A stretch of DNA of 64,000 nt from Nocardioidaceae bacterium. Its GTDB lineage: Bacteria; Actinomycetota; Actinomycetes; Propionibacteriales; Nocardioidaceae. Within the stretch, counting starts at the first letter, position 1; each line of letters starts with the position of its first letter. The notes beneath the pieces were generated by a model. It was not told the DNA's origin. It saw only the letters and a program-made list of their open reading frames with translations, and searched no databases. The stretch spans positions 1,703 through 65,702 of the forward strand of contig DASVBF010000141.1 in the NCBI GenBank assembly GCA_036375975.1, written 5' to 3'. Made by a program: the position numbers and the translations under genes. This document shows positions 54,452 through 63,124 of this stretch, in pieces.

Positions 54452-55975
54452 TCAACGAGATGGTGATTCTCCTGCGGCGGCGCCGACCCTCTGGTACCGC
54501 GCGGTGCGCTGCTCCACGAGCCGCGACCGGTCGCGCTGGCCGAGCTCCGCGAGCTCGTACCTGAGCACCTCGCCGAGCCTCGCGCAGAACTCCTCGGGCT
54601 CGTCGGCGGCGTCCGGCTTCTCCACCACGATGCGGTCGACGATCCCGGCTGCCCGCATGTCGACCGCCCGGACGCCCTGGCCGCGGGCCATGTCCGGGGC
54701 GTGGCTCACGTCGCGGTGCACGATCGCGCTCGCCCCCTCGGGCGGCAGCGGTGAGAGCCAGGCATGCTGGGCCGCCACGACCCGGTCGGCGGGGAGAAGA
54801 GCCAGCGCACCGCCGCCAGTCCCCTCCCCGAGCAGGAGGGTCAGGGTGGGAGCGTCGAGGGTGACGAGGTCGGCGAGGCATCGGGCGATCTCGCCGGCCA
54901 GCCCGCCTTCCTCGGCCTCCACGGACAGTGCCGCACCGGGGGTGTCGATGACCGTCATCAGCGGGAGCCCCAGCTCCGCCGCGAGCCGCATGCCCCGGCG
55001 GGCCTCCCGAAGAGCGCCTGGCCCGAGCGGGTGCGCCTCAGTCTGGCCCCGGCGGTCCTGACCGAGGAACACGCAAGGGGAGCCACCGAACCTGGCGAGA
55101 GCGATCAGCAGCCCGGGATCGGCCTCGCCCTGGCCGGTGCCGTTCAACGGGATCACGTCCGTCGCGGCGTACCTGAGGAGCCGACGCACTCCCGGGCGTT
55201 CGGGCCGCCGCGAGCGGGTGATCGAGTCCCACGCGTCGACCTCGGGGACCTCCTCGTCGACCGGGTTCGGGATGTCCACCAGCGGCACCCGGGGGGCCAG
55301 CAGGACCGAGAGCGCCCGGTCCAGGATCCCGGCGATCTCGTCGGGGGGTACGACGGCGTCGATCAGGCCGTGGGAGTACAGGTTCTCCGAGGTCTGCACG
55401 CCCGGGGGGAAGGGCCTGTCGTACAAGGCCTCGTACACGCGCGGTCCGAGGAACCCGACGAGTGCTCCCGGCTCGGCCACGGTGACATGCCCGAGGGATC
55501 CCCACGACGCCATGACGCCACCGGTCGTCGGGTTGCGGAGGTACACGAGATACGGCAGGCCGGCGGTCTTGTGGGCGGCGATCGCAGCGGAGATCTTCAC
55601 CATCTGTACGAAGGCCACCGTGCCCTCCTGCATGCGCGTCCCGCCCGACACGGGCGCCGCGAGCAGCGGGAGCCGCTCCGCCGTGGCGCGCTCGATGGCG
55701 GCGACCAGACGCTCCGCGGACGCGACCCCGATCGACCCCGCGAGGAAGCGGAACTCGCACGCCACCACGACGACCCGCCGTCCGCGCATCAGTCCCTCGC
55801 CGGTGACCACGGACTCGTCGAGGCCGGTCTTCTCCTCGGCCGCCCGAAGCTCGGCGGCGTACTGCTCGGAGATCGGGCCGCGGACCGGCGGGGTGTCCCA
55901 GGAGACCCAGGAGCCTGCGTCGAGGACGAGGTCGATCAGCTCGGTCGCGGAGAGTCGCTCGCTCATTCGGGACAT
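54452..55975 (-). CDS. Fused AccD/AccA-type carboxyltransferase (beta-alpha) protein
   Basis: The AccD-like half reads GRRVVVVACEFRFLAGSIG and GGTRMQEG. The AccA-like half reads FLGQDRRG and IDTPGA. There is no N-terminal Cys4 zinc ribbon. Confidence 0.75.
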   Translation of the reverse strand: MSRMSERLSATELIDLVLDAGSWVSWDTPPVRGPISEQYAAELRAAEEKTGLDESVVTGEGLMRGRRVVVVACEFRFLAGSIGVASAERLVAAIERATAERLPLLAAPVSGGTRMQEGTVAFVQMVKISAAIAAHKTAGLPYLVYLRNPTTGGVMASWGSLGHVTVAEPGALVGFLGPRVYEALYDRPFPPGVQTSENLYSHGLIDAVVPPDEIAGILDRALSVLLAPRVPLVDIPNPVDEEVPEVDAWDSITRSRRPERPGVRRLLRYAATDVIPLNGTGQGEADPGLLIALARFGGSPCVFLGQDRRGQTEAHPLGPGALREARRGMRLAAELGLPLMTVIDTPGAALSVEAEEGGLAGEIARCLADLVTLDAPTLTLLLGEGTGGGALALLPADRVVAAQHAWLSPLPPEGASAIVHRDVSHAPDMARGQGVRAVDMRAAGIVDRIVVEKPDAADEPEEFCARLGEVLRYELAELGQRDRSRLVEQRTARYQRVGAAAGESPSR

Positions 55976-56064
55976 TCTGCCGTGGCGGCGTCGTGGACGG
56001 GCGGCCGTGCCCACGAGGGTGACCCGCCCACGCGACGACCGGCCTCGTCAGAGGGCCAGTGGAA

Positions 56065-56105
56065 CTCGACCGCCGGTGGGCAAGGTCCGGCCACCGGCGG
56101 TCGAG
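56065..56105 (-). terminator. Stem-loop downstream of the epimerase gene (end of the minus-strand kinase-GNAT-paaI-epimerase operon)
   Basis: A perfect 15-bp stem pairs ctcgaccgccggtgg with ccaccggcggtcgag. A second 9-bp hairpin lies at 56143-56169. Confidence 0.55.
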
Positions 56106-56226
56106 GTTGGGGGGCACTGGATCTTTTTCCCTTCAACGACCCCGATCTCACCTGGGTCACGTGAGATCGCCGGGCCGACTAGACCAATGCCCCCGCTGGA
56201 CCAGTGCCCGGAGCCGTGGCCGGGGG

Positions 56227-57237
56227 CTACCCGCCGGCTCTCGCCCTCACCGCGGACGCCATCGCCTCGAGGGTCTCCTGGGCGGTGTGCTGGGGGGTCC
56301 AGCCGAGCAGGGTCCTCGCCCGGGTCGTGTCCATCAGGACCGGCGTGCGCGCCACGTGGATCCACTCGGCGAGAGCGGGCACCCACGGCAGCTTCGCGAC
56401 CACCTCGGAGGCCAGCGTGGCGGCGGAGCGCGGCACGGGCACGGGCAGCGCCCCTACGGCGCCGACCACCTCGCCGAAGGTCACGGTGCCCTCGCCGGCG
56501 ATGTTGTAGGCGCCGGGCTCGCCCCGGCCCACCGTCGCCGCGGCGATCGCGCGGGCGACGTCGTCCTGGTGGACGAGCTGGAGCAGGTTTCCTGGGTCCG
56601 GCACCACCATGCGCAGGGCCGGCACACGGTGGAGCGCCCGTCGTGCCGGGGTGGGGAGCCGGGCGACGACCTGGCGCCAGGGCATCGAGTCGGCGAGCAC
56701 GGTGGCCTGGGGACCCGCGACGATGCAGGGGCGCAGCAGGTAGACCTCGAGGTCCGTGCCGGTCGTGACGTCACGGAGCAGCGCCTCGCACTCCGCCTTC
56801 TGCTGCGAGTAGTAGTGCTCCTTCGAGCCTCGCGCCGGCACGTCCTCGGTGAGCGGCTGGGGGTTGTCGGGGTGGTAGCCGTACGCCGCGACGGACGAGG
56901 TGTAGACGAGCCGCCTCGGCCTGGCGGCGTCCACGGTGGCCGCGAAGACGTTGCGGCTGCCGTCGGCGTTCACCATCTGGCTCGCCGCCCGGGATCCCAT
57001 GATCAGGTAGGCCAGGTGCACGACCACGTCGGCCTGCTCGACGAGGCGCTCCACGGCCGTCGGGTCCAGGATGTCGCCGCGGCGGTACTCCGTCTTCACC
57101 CAGCCGTACGACGTGGGGTCGAAGTCGCGCCGCGCCATGCCGAGGATCCGCTCGACCTCCGGCTCGCGCTCCAGGGCGTCGACGGTCGGGATGCCTATCT
57201 CACCGGTGGGCCCGGTGACCGCGACGGTCAGTCCCAT
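56227..57237 (-). CDS. NAD-dependent epimerase/dehydratase family protein
   Basis: The Rossmann motif is VAVTGPTGEIG and the catalytic motif is YYSQQK (YxxxK). The ATG shares one nucleotide with the upstream stop (TGATG). Confidence 0.8.
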   Translation of the reverse strand: MGLTVAVTGPTGEIGIPTVDALEREPEVERILGMARRDFDPTSYGWVKTEYRRGDILDPTAVERLVEQADVVVHLAYLIMGSRAASQMVNADGSRNVFAATVDAARPRRLVYTSSVAAYGYHPDNPQPLTEDVPARGSKEHYYSQQKAECEALLRDVTTGTDLEVYLLRPCIVAGPQATVLADSMPWRQVVARLPTPARRALHRVPALRMVVPDPGNLLQLVHQDDVARAIAAATVGRGEPGAYNIAGEGTVTFGEVVGAVGALPVPVPRSAATLASEVVAKLPWVPALAEWIHVARTPVLMDTTRARTLLGWTPQHTAQETLEAMASAVRARAGG

Positions 57238-57728
57238 CAGGAACCCTCCTCGAACAACGGACCTCGGATCTCCTTGCTCGTGCCCACGAACTCCGCCACC
57301 ACACCGTCGCCGTTGCGGACCACCACGTCGTAGACCCCGTCGCGGCCCTCGCGCGTGCGCTCCTTCGCGGTCGCGGTGAGGACGTCGCCGAGCCGCGTGG
57401 GTCGGTGGTAGGTGATCTGACAGGTGTGCGCGACGGTCCGACGGTTGTAGCTGTTGCACGCGAAGGCGAAGGCCGAGTCGGCGAGGGAGAACGTGAAGCC
57501 GCCGTGCCCGATGCCGTGGCCGTTGACCATGTCGTCGCGGACGGTCATCTCCAGGGTCGCCGTCCCGGGCCCCACCTCGACGATCCGCATGCCGAGGCCC
57601 TGGCTCGCGGCGTCGCCGGCCCACATCGTCTCGGCGCTCCGGCGCGCGGTCGCCTCGGGGCCGGTCTCCGCGGGAGTGGTCTTCCCGGGAGTGGTCTCCT
57701 CGCGGGTGGTCTCCTCTGAGCCGGTCAC
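57237..57728 (-). CDS. paaI: PaaI-family hotdog thioesterase with a repeat-containing N-terminal extension
   Basis: The hotdog motif reads NGHGIGHGGFTFSLADSAFAFA. The GTG start overlaps the GNAT stop (GTGA). The first ~30 aa are a Glu/Thr/Pro-rich repeat. Confidence 0.7.
   Translation of the reverse strand: MTGSEETTREETTPGKTTPAETGPEATARRSAETMWAGDAASQGLGMRIVEVGPGTATLEMTVRDDMVNGHGIGHGGFTFSLADSAFAFACNSYNRRTVAHTCQITYHRPTRLGDVLTATAKERTREGRDGVYDVVVRNGDGVVAEFVGTSKEIRGPLFEEGS
57671..57715 (-). repeat. Three in-frame 15-bp tandem repeats in the 5' end of the paaI-like gene
   Basis: On the plus strand the copies are cgggagtggtcttcc, cgggagtggtctcct and cgcgggtggtctcct. They encode EETTR/EETTP/GKTTP-type pentapeptides. 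Confidence 0.8.
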
Positions 57729-58207
57729 GAGAGCCTCTTCTCCCTGAGCGAGACGAGGTGCTGCTCGTCGCCGAGCCGGCCCACCTCGGCGTACCCCCGG
57801 CGGTCGTGGAACGCCAGCGACACATCGTTGCGCGGCACGAGGTTCACCTCGAGCGCCAGCCGGCCGTAGCGCCGCGCGACGTGCTCGACCTCGCCGTACA
57901 CGAAGCTGCCGAGGCCTCGCCGCCGGTGCCGCTCGGCGAGGACGATCCGGTCGAGGTAGTAGAACCGCCGGTCATGGCGCTCGGCGAACCAGCGGTAGTT
58001 CTCCGAGTCGTACGTCGACCCCGGGCCGAACGTGATGACGAACCCCCCGAAGTCACCGTCCACGTCGATGACGTCGAAGCGGTCCGCGAGGCCGTCGAGC
58101 TCGAGGAGACGGGCCTCGTCCATGGGGGCGAGGGCGACGACGTTCGCCTCGTTGAGGGCGAGCACGTCCGCGTGGTCGCTGGGTTCGATGCGGCGAAGCT
58201 TCGGCAC
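57725..58207 (-). CDS. GNAT-family N-acetyltransferase
   Basis: The acetyl-CoA motif is RRRGLGSFVY within a GNAT-sized ORF. The GTG at 58207 was chosen. Confidence 0.7.
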   Translation of the reverse strand: MPKLRRIEPSDHADVLALNEANVVALAPMDEARLLELDGLADRFDVIDVDGDFGGFVITFGPGSTYDSENYRWFAERHDRRFYYLDRIVLAERHRRRGLGSFVYGEVEHVARRYGRLALEVNLVPRNDVSLAFHDRRGYAEVGRLGDEQHLVSLREKRLS

Positions 58208-58238
58208 GGGGACAGCCTGCCACGACGTTCGCCCTCGG

Positions 58239-59165
58239 TCAGGCGGGGATCTCCAGGAGCACCTCGGTGCCGACACCGTCACGGGGGCCCACCGCGAGCC
58301 GGCCGCCCACGAGAGTCGCTCGCTCGCGCATGCTGAGGATGCCGGTGCCCGCCTGGTGCGGGCCGAGGCCGACGCCGTCGTCGGTCACGCGAAGGAGCAC
58401 GTGGTCGCCCTTCTTCTCGAGGGTGAGCCCCACCCGACCGGCCATCGCGTGCTTCCCGGCGTTGGTGAGCGCCTCCTCCGCCACCCGGTAGATCACCAGC
58501 TGCGCCTCGTCGGAGAGGCCGCGGAAAGGCCCCTCCAGGTGCCGCTGCACGACCACGCCGGGGTTCTGGGCGGCGAACCGCGTGACCAGCGTGGACAGCG
58601 CGTCGTGGAGGCCCTGCTCCTCGAGGATCTCGGGGAGCAGCCGCCGGCCGATGTTGCGCACCTCGACGAGGCTGCGCTGCGCGTGGCGGCGCACGCTCCT
58701 CAGCTCGTCCGCGAGCTCGGGTGGGGCGTGGTCGATGGCCTTCTTGAGCCCTACGAGGGCCGCGCTCAGGTTGTCGCCGACGTTGTCGTGGAGCTGGCTC
58801 GCCAGCCGCTGGCCGTCGTACTCCCTCGTGGCGAGCGTCCGGGCGGTCTGGGCCCGGCGCTCGCCCTCCCACCTGGCGCGAAGGGTGCCGATCGCGGCGA
58901 GGAGCGGCGGCAGGGCACGCCGGAGATCACGGGTGTTCACCGCGACGACGAGGAAGAGCCCGACCACCAGGACGACGAGGGCGACCGGGCCGTGCTGCCC
59001 CTCGGGCGCCATCGACATGGCCAGGACCGCGAAGGCGAGGATGAGTCCGTTGGCGAGGACCAGACGCACGTGCAGCGGCACTTTGTCGGACGACCTCACG
59101 GTCACACCATAGGAGCCTCTTGTCCGTACCCGGGGCTCCTCCCGCGGGTGAGTGTGATGTGACAC
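58239..59165 (-). CDS. Small HisKA_3 sensor histidine kinase (two TM helices, minimal loop) without an adjacent response regulator
   Basis: The TM helices are LVLANGLILAFAVLAMSM and VALVVLVVGLFLVVAV. The H-box context is ASQLHDNVGDNL. The ATPase motifs are EEALTNAGKHA, DDGVG and GTGILSMRERA. Confidence 0.7.
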   Translation of the reverse strand: MSHHTHPREEPRVRTRGSYGVTVRSSDKVPLHVRLVLANGLILAFAVLAMSMAPEGQHGPVALVVLVVGLFLVVAVNTRDLRRALPPLLAAIGTLRARWEGERRAQTARTLATREYDGQRLASQLHDNVGDNLSAALVGLKKAIDHAPPELADELRSVRRHAQRSLVEVRNIGRRLLPEILEEQGLHDALSTLVTRFAAQNPGVVVQRHLEGPFRGLSDEAQLVIYRVAEEALTNAGKHAMAGRVGLTLEKKGDHVLLRVTDDGVGLGPHQAGTGILSMRERATLVGGRLAVGPRDGVGTEVLLEIPA

Positions 59166-59220
59166 ACTGGCGCACTGTCAGCGAAGACCTGTCACAACGG
59201 GCGATCCCCGGGACGAGGAC

Positions 59221-60897
59221 ATGCGCATGAGCCACGAACTCTTCGACCGCCACCGCGACCTGCTGGACAAGGCGGTGGCCGCCACTCGGTCACGCGAGTA
59301 CTTCTCGGCGTACGACGAGAGCCCCTCGCCGCGGGTGTACGGCGAGGACGCCGCTCCCTCAGGGAAGGCGGCGTTCGAGTCGCTGCTCGGATCCGCCTTC
59401 CCGCTCTCCACGCCGGGCGCTTCGGGGACGGTGTCCACCGAGAAGTCGCCGTTCGGCTTCGAGCTCGGGGTGTCGTACCCGCGCGTGACCGAGGCGGGCG
59501 TGGACGAGCTCCTGGCGGCGGCGCGGTCCGGGATGAAGGCCTGGCGTGACGCCGGACCGCAGGCGCGCGTCGGCGTGTGCCTGGAGATCCTCTCGCGGCT
59601 GCACAGCCGGATCTTCGAGCTCGCCAACGCCGTGCAGCACACCTCGGGACAGGCCTTCGTGATGGCCTTCCAGGCAGGTGGCGCGCACGCGCTGGACAGG
59701 GCGCTCGAGTCCCTTGCCTACGCGTACGAGGAGATGACCCGGGTCCCGGAGACCGCGGTCTGGGAGAAGCCGGCCAGGGGCGAGCCGCTGCGGATGGAGA
59801 AGACGTTCACGATCGTGCCGCGCGGCGTCGCGCTCGTGATCGGCTGCAACACCTTCCCGACCTGGAACTCCTGGCCCGGGCTTTTCGCCTCCCTGGCCTG
59901 CGGCAACCCGGTCGTTGTGAAGCCCCACCCCGGCGCAGTGCTCCCGCTCGCCCTGACCGTGCAGGCTGCCCAGGAGGTGCTGTCAGAGGCCGGTTTCGAC
60001 CCGAACCTCGTCACACTCGCGGCGGAGGACCCGGCGGACCGGCTCGCGGCGGTGCTCGCCGTGCGGCCCGAGGTGAGGCTCATCGACTTCACCGGATCGA
60101 ACGCCTTCGGGGCGTGGCTCGAGGACAACGCCCGACAGGCGGTCGTCTTCACGGAGAAGGCCGGCGTGAACACCGTCGTGGTCGACTCGACGGACAGCTT
60201 CCGCGGCCTGTGCATGAACCTGGCGTTCTCGTTCTCCCTCTACACCGGGCAGATGTGCACCGCGCCCCAGAACGTGTACCTCCCCGAGGGCGGGATCGAG
60301 ACCGACGAGGGGCACAAGTCGGTCGCCGACGTGGCAGCGGGAGTCGAGGCGGCACTGCAGAAGCTCCTCGGCGACGACGCGCGAGCGGTCGAGCTGCTCG
60401 GCGGCGTGGTGAACGAGGGTGTGCTGACCCGGCTCTCGTCGGCGGGGTCGCGCGGCGAGGTGCTCGTGCCCTCCCGGGAGGTCAAGCACCCCGCGTTCGA
60501 GGGCGCCGTGGTGCGTACGCCGATGGTGGTCGGTCTCTCGGCCAAGGACGCTGACGTCTACGAGAGCGAGTGCTTCGGGCCGGTGTCCTACCTGATCAGC
60601 ACCTCCGGCACCGCCGAGTCGATCGAGCTCTTCCGACGTACCGTCACCGAGCACGGCGCGATGACCGCCTCCGTCTACAGCACCTCCCCCGATGTGGTCG
60701 CGGCGATGCGCGAGGCCGCTCTGGACGCCGGGGTGGCCCTGTCGGAGAACCTCACCGGGCAGGTCTTCGTGAACCAGTCCGCGGCGTTCTCGGACTTCCA
60801 CGGAACCGGCGCGAACCCGGCGGCAAACGCGTCGTACACCGACACCGCCTACGTGGCGCCGAGGTTCCGAACCGTGCAGTCGCGTCGTCACATCTGA
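59221..60897 (+). CDS. paaN: Phenylacetic acid degradation protein PaaN (aldehyde-dehydrogenase family)
   Basis: It has an ALDH fold with catalytic Cys context YTGQMCTAPQN. The characteristic PaaN N-terminus reads LLDKAVAATRSREYFSAYDESPSPRVYGE. Confidence 0.8.
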   Translation: MRMSHELFDRHRDLLDKAVAATRSREYFSAYDESPSPRVYGEDAAPSGKAAFESLLGSAFPLSTPGASGTVSTEKSPFGFELGVSYPRVTEAGVDELLAAARSGMKAWRDAGPQARVGVCLEILSRLHSRIFELANAVQHTSGQAFVMAFQAGGAHALDRALESLAYAYEEMTRVPETAVWEKPARGEPLRMEKTFTIVPRGVALVIGCNTFPTWNSWPGLFASLACGNPVVVKPHPGAVLPLALTVQAAQEVLSEAGFDPNLVTLAAEDPADRLAAVLAVRPEVRLIDFTGSNAFGAWLEDNARQAVVFTEKAGVNTVVVDSTDSFRGLCMNLAFSFSLYTGQMCTAPQNVYLPEGGIETDEGHKSVADVAAGVEAALQKLLGDDARAVELLGGVVNEGVLTRLSSAGSRGEVLVPSREVKHPAFEGAVVRTPMVVGLSAKDADVYESECFGPVSYLISTSGTAESIELFRRTVTEHGAMTASVYSTSPDVVAAMREAALDAGVALSENLTGQVFVNQSAAFSDFHGTGANPAANASYTDTAYVAPRFRTVQSRRHI

Positions 60898-60957
60898 CCC
60901 CATGAGAGGGGCGTTAAGTCCCTTGTCGGCAGATCGCCGGGGTGTTGCGATCGAGTC

Positions 60958-61941
60958 ATGGTGACGACTACCCCGGCGGCAGAGGGTCTCGGCGTCCAGG
61001 ACGGGGATGTGATGCTGCGCTGCACGGACCTGCACAAGAGCTACGGGTCGCTCAAGGCGGTCGACGGCATCTCCTTCGAGATCCGGGCCGGCGAGACCTA
61101 CGGCCTGCTCGGACCCAACGGGGCCGGGAAGACCACGGTCATCTCGATCATCGCCGGGGTGCTCGAGGCGGACACCGGCGCGGTCGCTCTCGAGGGCCTG
61201 CCCATGGGCCCGTCCGCGCTCGACGCCAAGGCGCTGATCGGCTACGTCCCGCAGGACGTGGCGCTCTACCCGGACCTCACCGCCCGCGAGAACCTGCGGT
61301 TCTTCGCCTCGCTCTACAAGCTCGACCGGGCTGAGGCGAAGGCGCGCGTGGCCGAGGTGCTCGACGTCGTCGGGCTCTCAGAGCGGGCGGACGAGCAGGT
61401 GAAGAAGTACTCCGGCGGCATGAAGCGCCGCCTGAACATCGCGGTCGGCCTGATCCATCGCCCGCAGCTGCTGATCCTGGACGAGCCCACCGTCGGCGTG
61501 GACCCCCAGAGCCGCAACTCGATCCTCGACAGCATCGAGGCCCTCAGCTCCGAGGGCATGGCGGTGCTGTACACCACGCACTACATGGAGGAGGCCGAAC
61601 GGCTCTGCGACCGGGTCGGGATCGTGGACCTGGGACACATGATCGCCGAGGGTCCGCCGCGCGCTCTGACCGCCGAGCTGGGTCAGGCCGAGCACATCAT
61701 GCTGGAGGCGGAGGGCGATCTCACGCGGGTCGTCGCGGCTGTCGACGCCCTGCCGCTGGTCGGGAGGACCACGAGGGACGAGGGCGTGGTCGACGTCCTC
61801 GTCACGGATGCGGAGTCCGCGCTGCCCGCGGTCATGCAGGCGGCGATGGGCGCCGGAGCGTCGATCCGGTCGGTGACTGTGCAGGAGCCGGACCTGGAGG
61901 TGGTCTTCTTGCACCTCACCGGGAAACGGCTGCGTGACTGA
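60958..61941 (+). CDS. ABC transporter ATP-binding protein (ABC-2 exporter type)
   Basis: Walker A is GPNGAGKTT, the signature is YSGGMKRRL and Walker B is LLILDEPTVGVD. Confidence 0.85.
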   Translation: MVTTTPAAEGLGVQDGDVMLRCTDLHKSYGSLKAVDGISFEIRAGETYGLLGPNGAGKTTVISIIAGVLEADTGAVALEGLPMGPSALDAKALIGYVPQDVALYPDLTARENLRFFASLYKLDRAEAKARVAEVLDVVGLSERADEQVKKYSGGMKRRLNIAVGLIHRPQLLILDEPTVGVDPQSRNSILDSIEALSSEGMAVLYTTHYMEEAERLCDRVGIVDLGHMIAEGPPRALTAELGQAEHIMLEAEGDLTRVVAAVDALPLVGRTTRDEGVVDVLVTDAESALPAVMQAAMGAGASIRSVTVQEPDLEVVFLHLTGKRLRD

Positions 61942-63124
61942 CGTGTCCGCGGCCTTCCTGATCGCCTTGAAGGACCTCCGGATGCGGGTTCGAGACCGCT
62001 CCGCGATCATGCTGGCGATCGTCGTACCGCTCGGCCTGGCCGCGATCTTCAGCCTGATCTTCGGCCCCGCCGCGACGCCGAGCCCCTTCGCCTACGCGGT
62101 GGCCGACCAGGACCACAGCGCCATTTCCCGGTCCTTCCGTACCGACGTGCTGACGAGCCTCGAGGACGACGGCATCGCGACCGTGAGGGGGATGGACGCC
62201 GCCGACGCCCGTGCGGCCGTCCGTGACGGAGACCTCGATGCGGCCTTCATCTTCCCGGCCGGCTTCGCGACCAGCGTGGAGAGCCAGGCTCCGGCCCAGA
62301 TCGACGTGGTGGGCAGCGTGGACGCCGCCACGGCGACGGACGTGGCGCGCTCGGTCGCGACCTCGTACACCGAGGGGCTCAACGCCGTCCGGGTGGCCGT
62401 GGCCGCCGTCGCGCACGGATCCGACACACCCTCACCCTCCCCGGACCAGCTGCGGGAGATCGCCGACCAGACTGTCGCCGCCGTCTCACCGGTCCGGATC
62501 CGGGACATCTCTGCCCAGGCACACGTGCTGGACACCAAGACCTTCTTCGCCGCCGGCATGGCTGTGTTCTTCTTGATGTTCACCGTCCAGTTCGGCGTCT
62601 CCTCCCTGATCGAGGAACGCTCGGAGGGGACTCTGTCGCGGCTTCTCGCTGCGCCGGTACGACGGACCGCGATCCTCGTGGGCAAGCTCCTCACCTCGAT
62701 CGCCCTGGGAGTCATCAGCCTCACGGTCCTGGTGGTCGCCACGTCGTTGCTCCTCGGCGCCACCTGGGGCAACCCGCTCGGCGTCGCCCTGCTCATCGTC
62801 GCCGGCGTGCTGGCCGCCACGGGGATCACCTCGGTGGTCGCCTCCTTCGCCAAGACGCCGGAGCAGGCGGGGAGCTGGCAGGCGGTGGTCGCGGTGACGC
62901 TGGGCCTCCTCGGCGGAGCCTTCTTCCCCATCCAGCAGACCGGATCGGTGATGGCCACACTCAGCCTCGTCACGCCGCATGCGTGGTTCTTCCGAGGACT
63001 CGGCAGCCTGGCCGGGGGTGGGGCGGTCCTGAACGTACTTCCGGCCGTGGCCGCGCTGCTGGTCATCGCCGCGCTGACGGGCGCGTTGGCCTGGCGCAGG
63101 ATCGCCAGGGTGGTGGCGCCATGA
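61934..63124 (+). CDS. ABC-2 type transporter permease
   Basis: The GTG overlaps the ATPase stop by 8 nt. An N-terminal TM helix is followed by a large extracytoplasmic loop and five C-terminal TM helices. Confidence 0.7.
   Translation: MTDVSAAFLIALKDLRMRVRDRSAIMLAIVVPLGLAAIFSLIFGPAATPSPFAYAVADQDHSAISRSFRTDVLTSLEDDGIATVRGMDAADARAAVRDGDLDAAFIFPAGFATSVESQAPAQIDVVGSVDAATATDVARSVATSYTEGLNAVRVAVAAVAHGSDTPSPSPDQLREIADQTVAAVSPVRIRDISAQAHVLDTKTFFAAGMAVFFLMFTVQFGVSSLIEERSEGTLSRLLAAPVRRTAILVGKLLTSIALGVISLTVLVVATSLLLGATWGNPLGVALLIVAGVLAATGITSVVASFAKTPEQAGSWQAVVAVTLGLLGGAFFPIQQTGSVMATLSLVTPHAWFFRGLGSLAGGGAVLNVLPAVAALLVIAALTGALAWRRIARVVAP

Noticed and set aside
54427-54455. A minus-strand promoter based on a perfect TTGACA at 54455-54450.
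   Set aside because: The hexamers 16-18 nt downstream (GATTTG, ATTTGT, TTTGTG) do not fit a TANNNT -10 element. The evidence is too weak to annotate a promoter.
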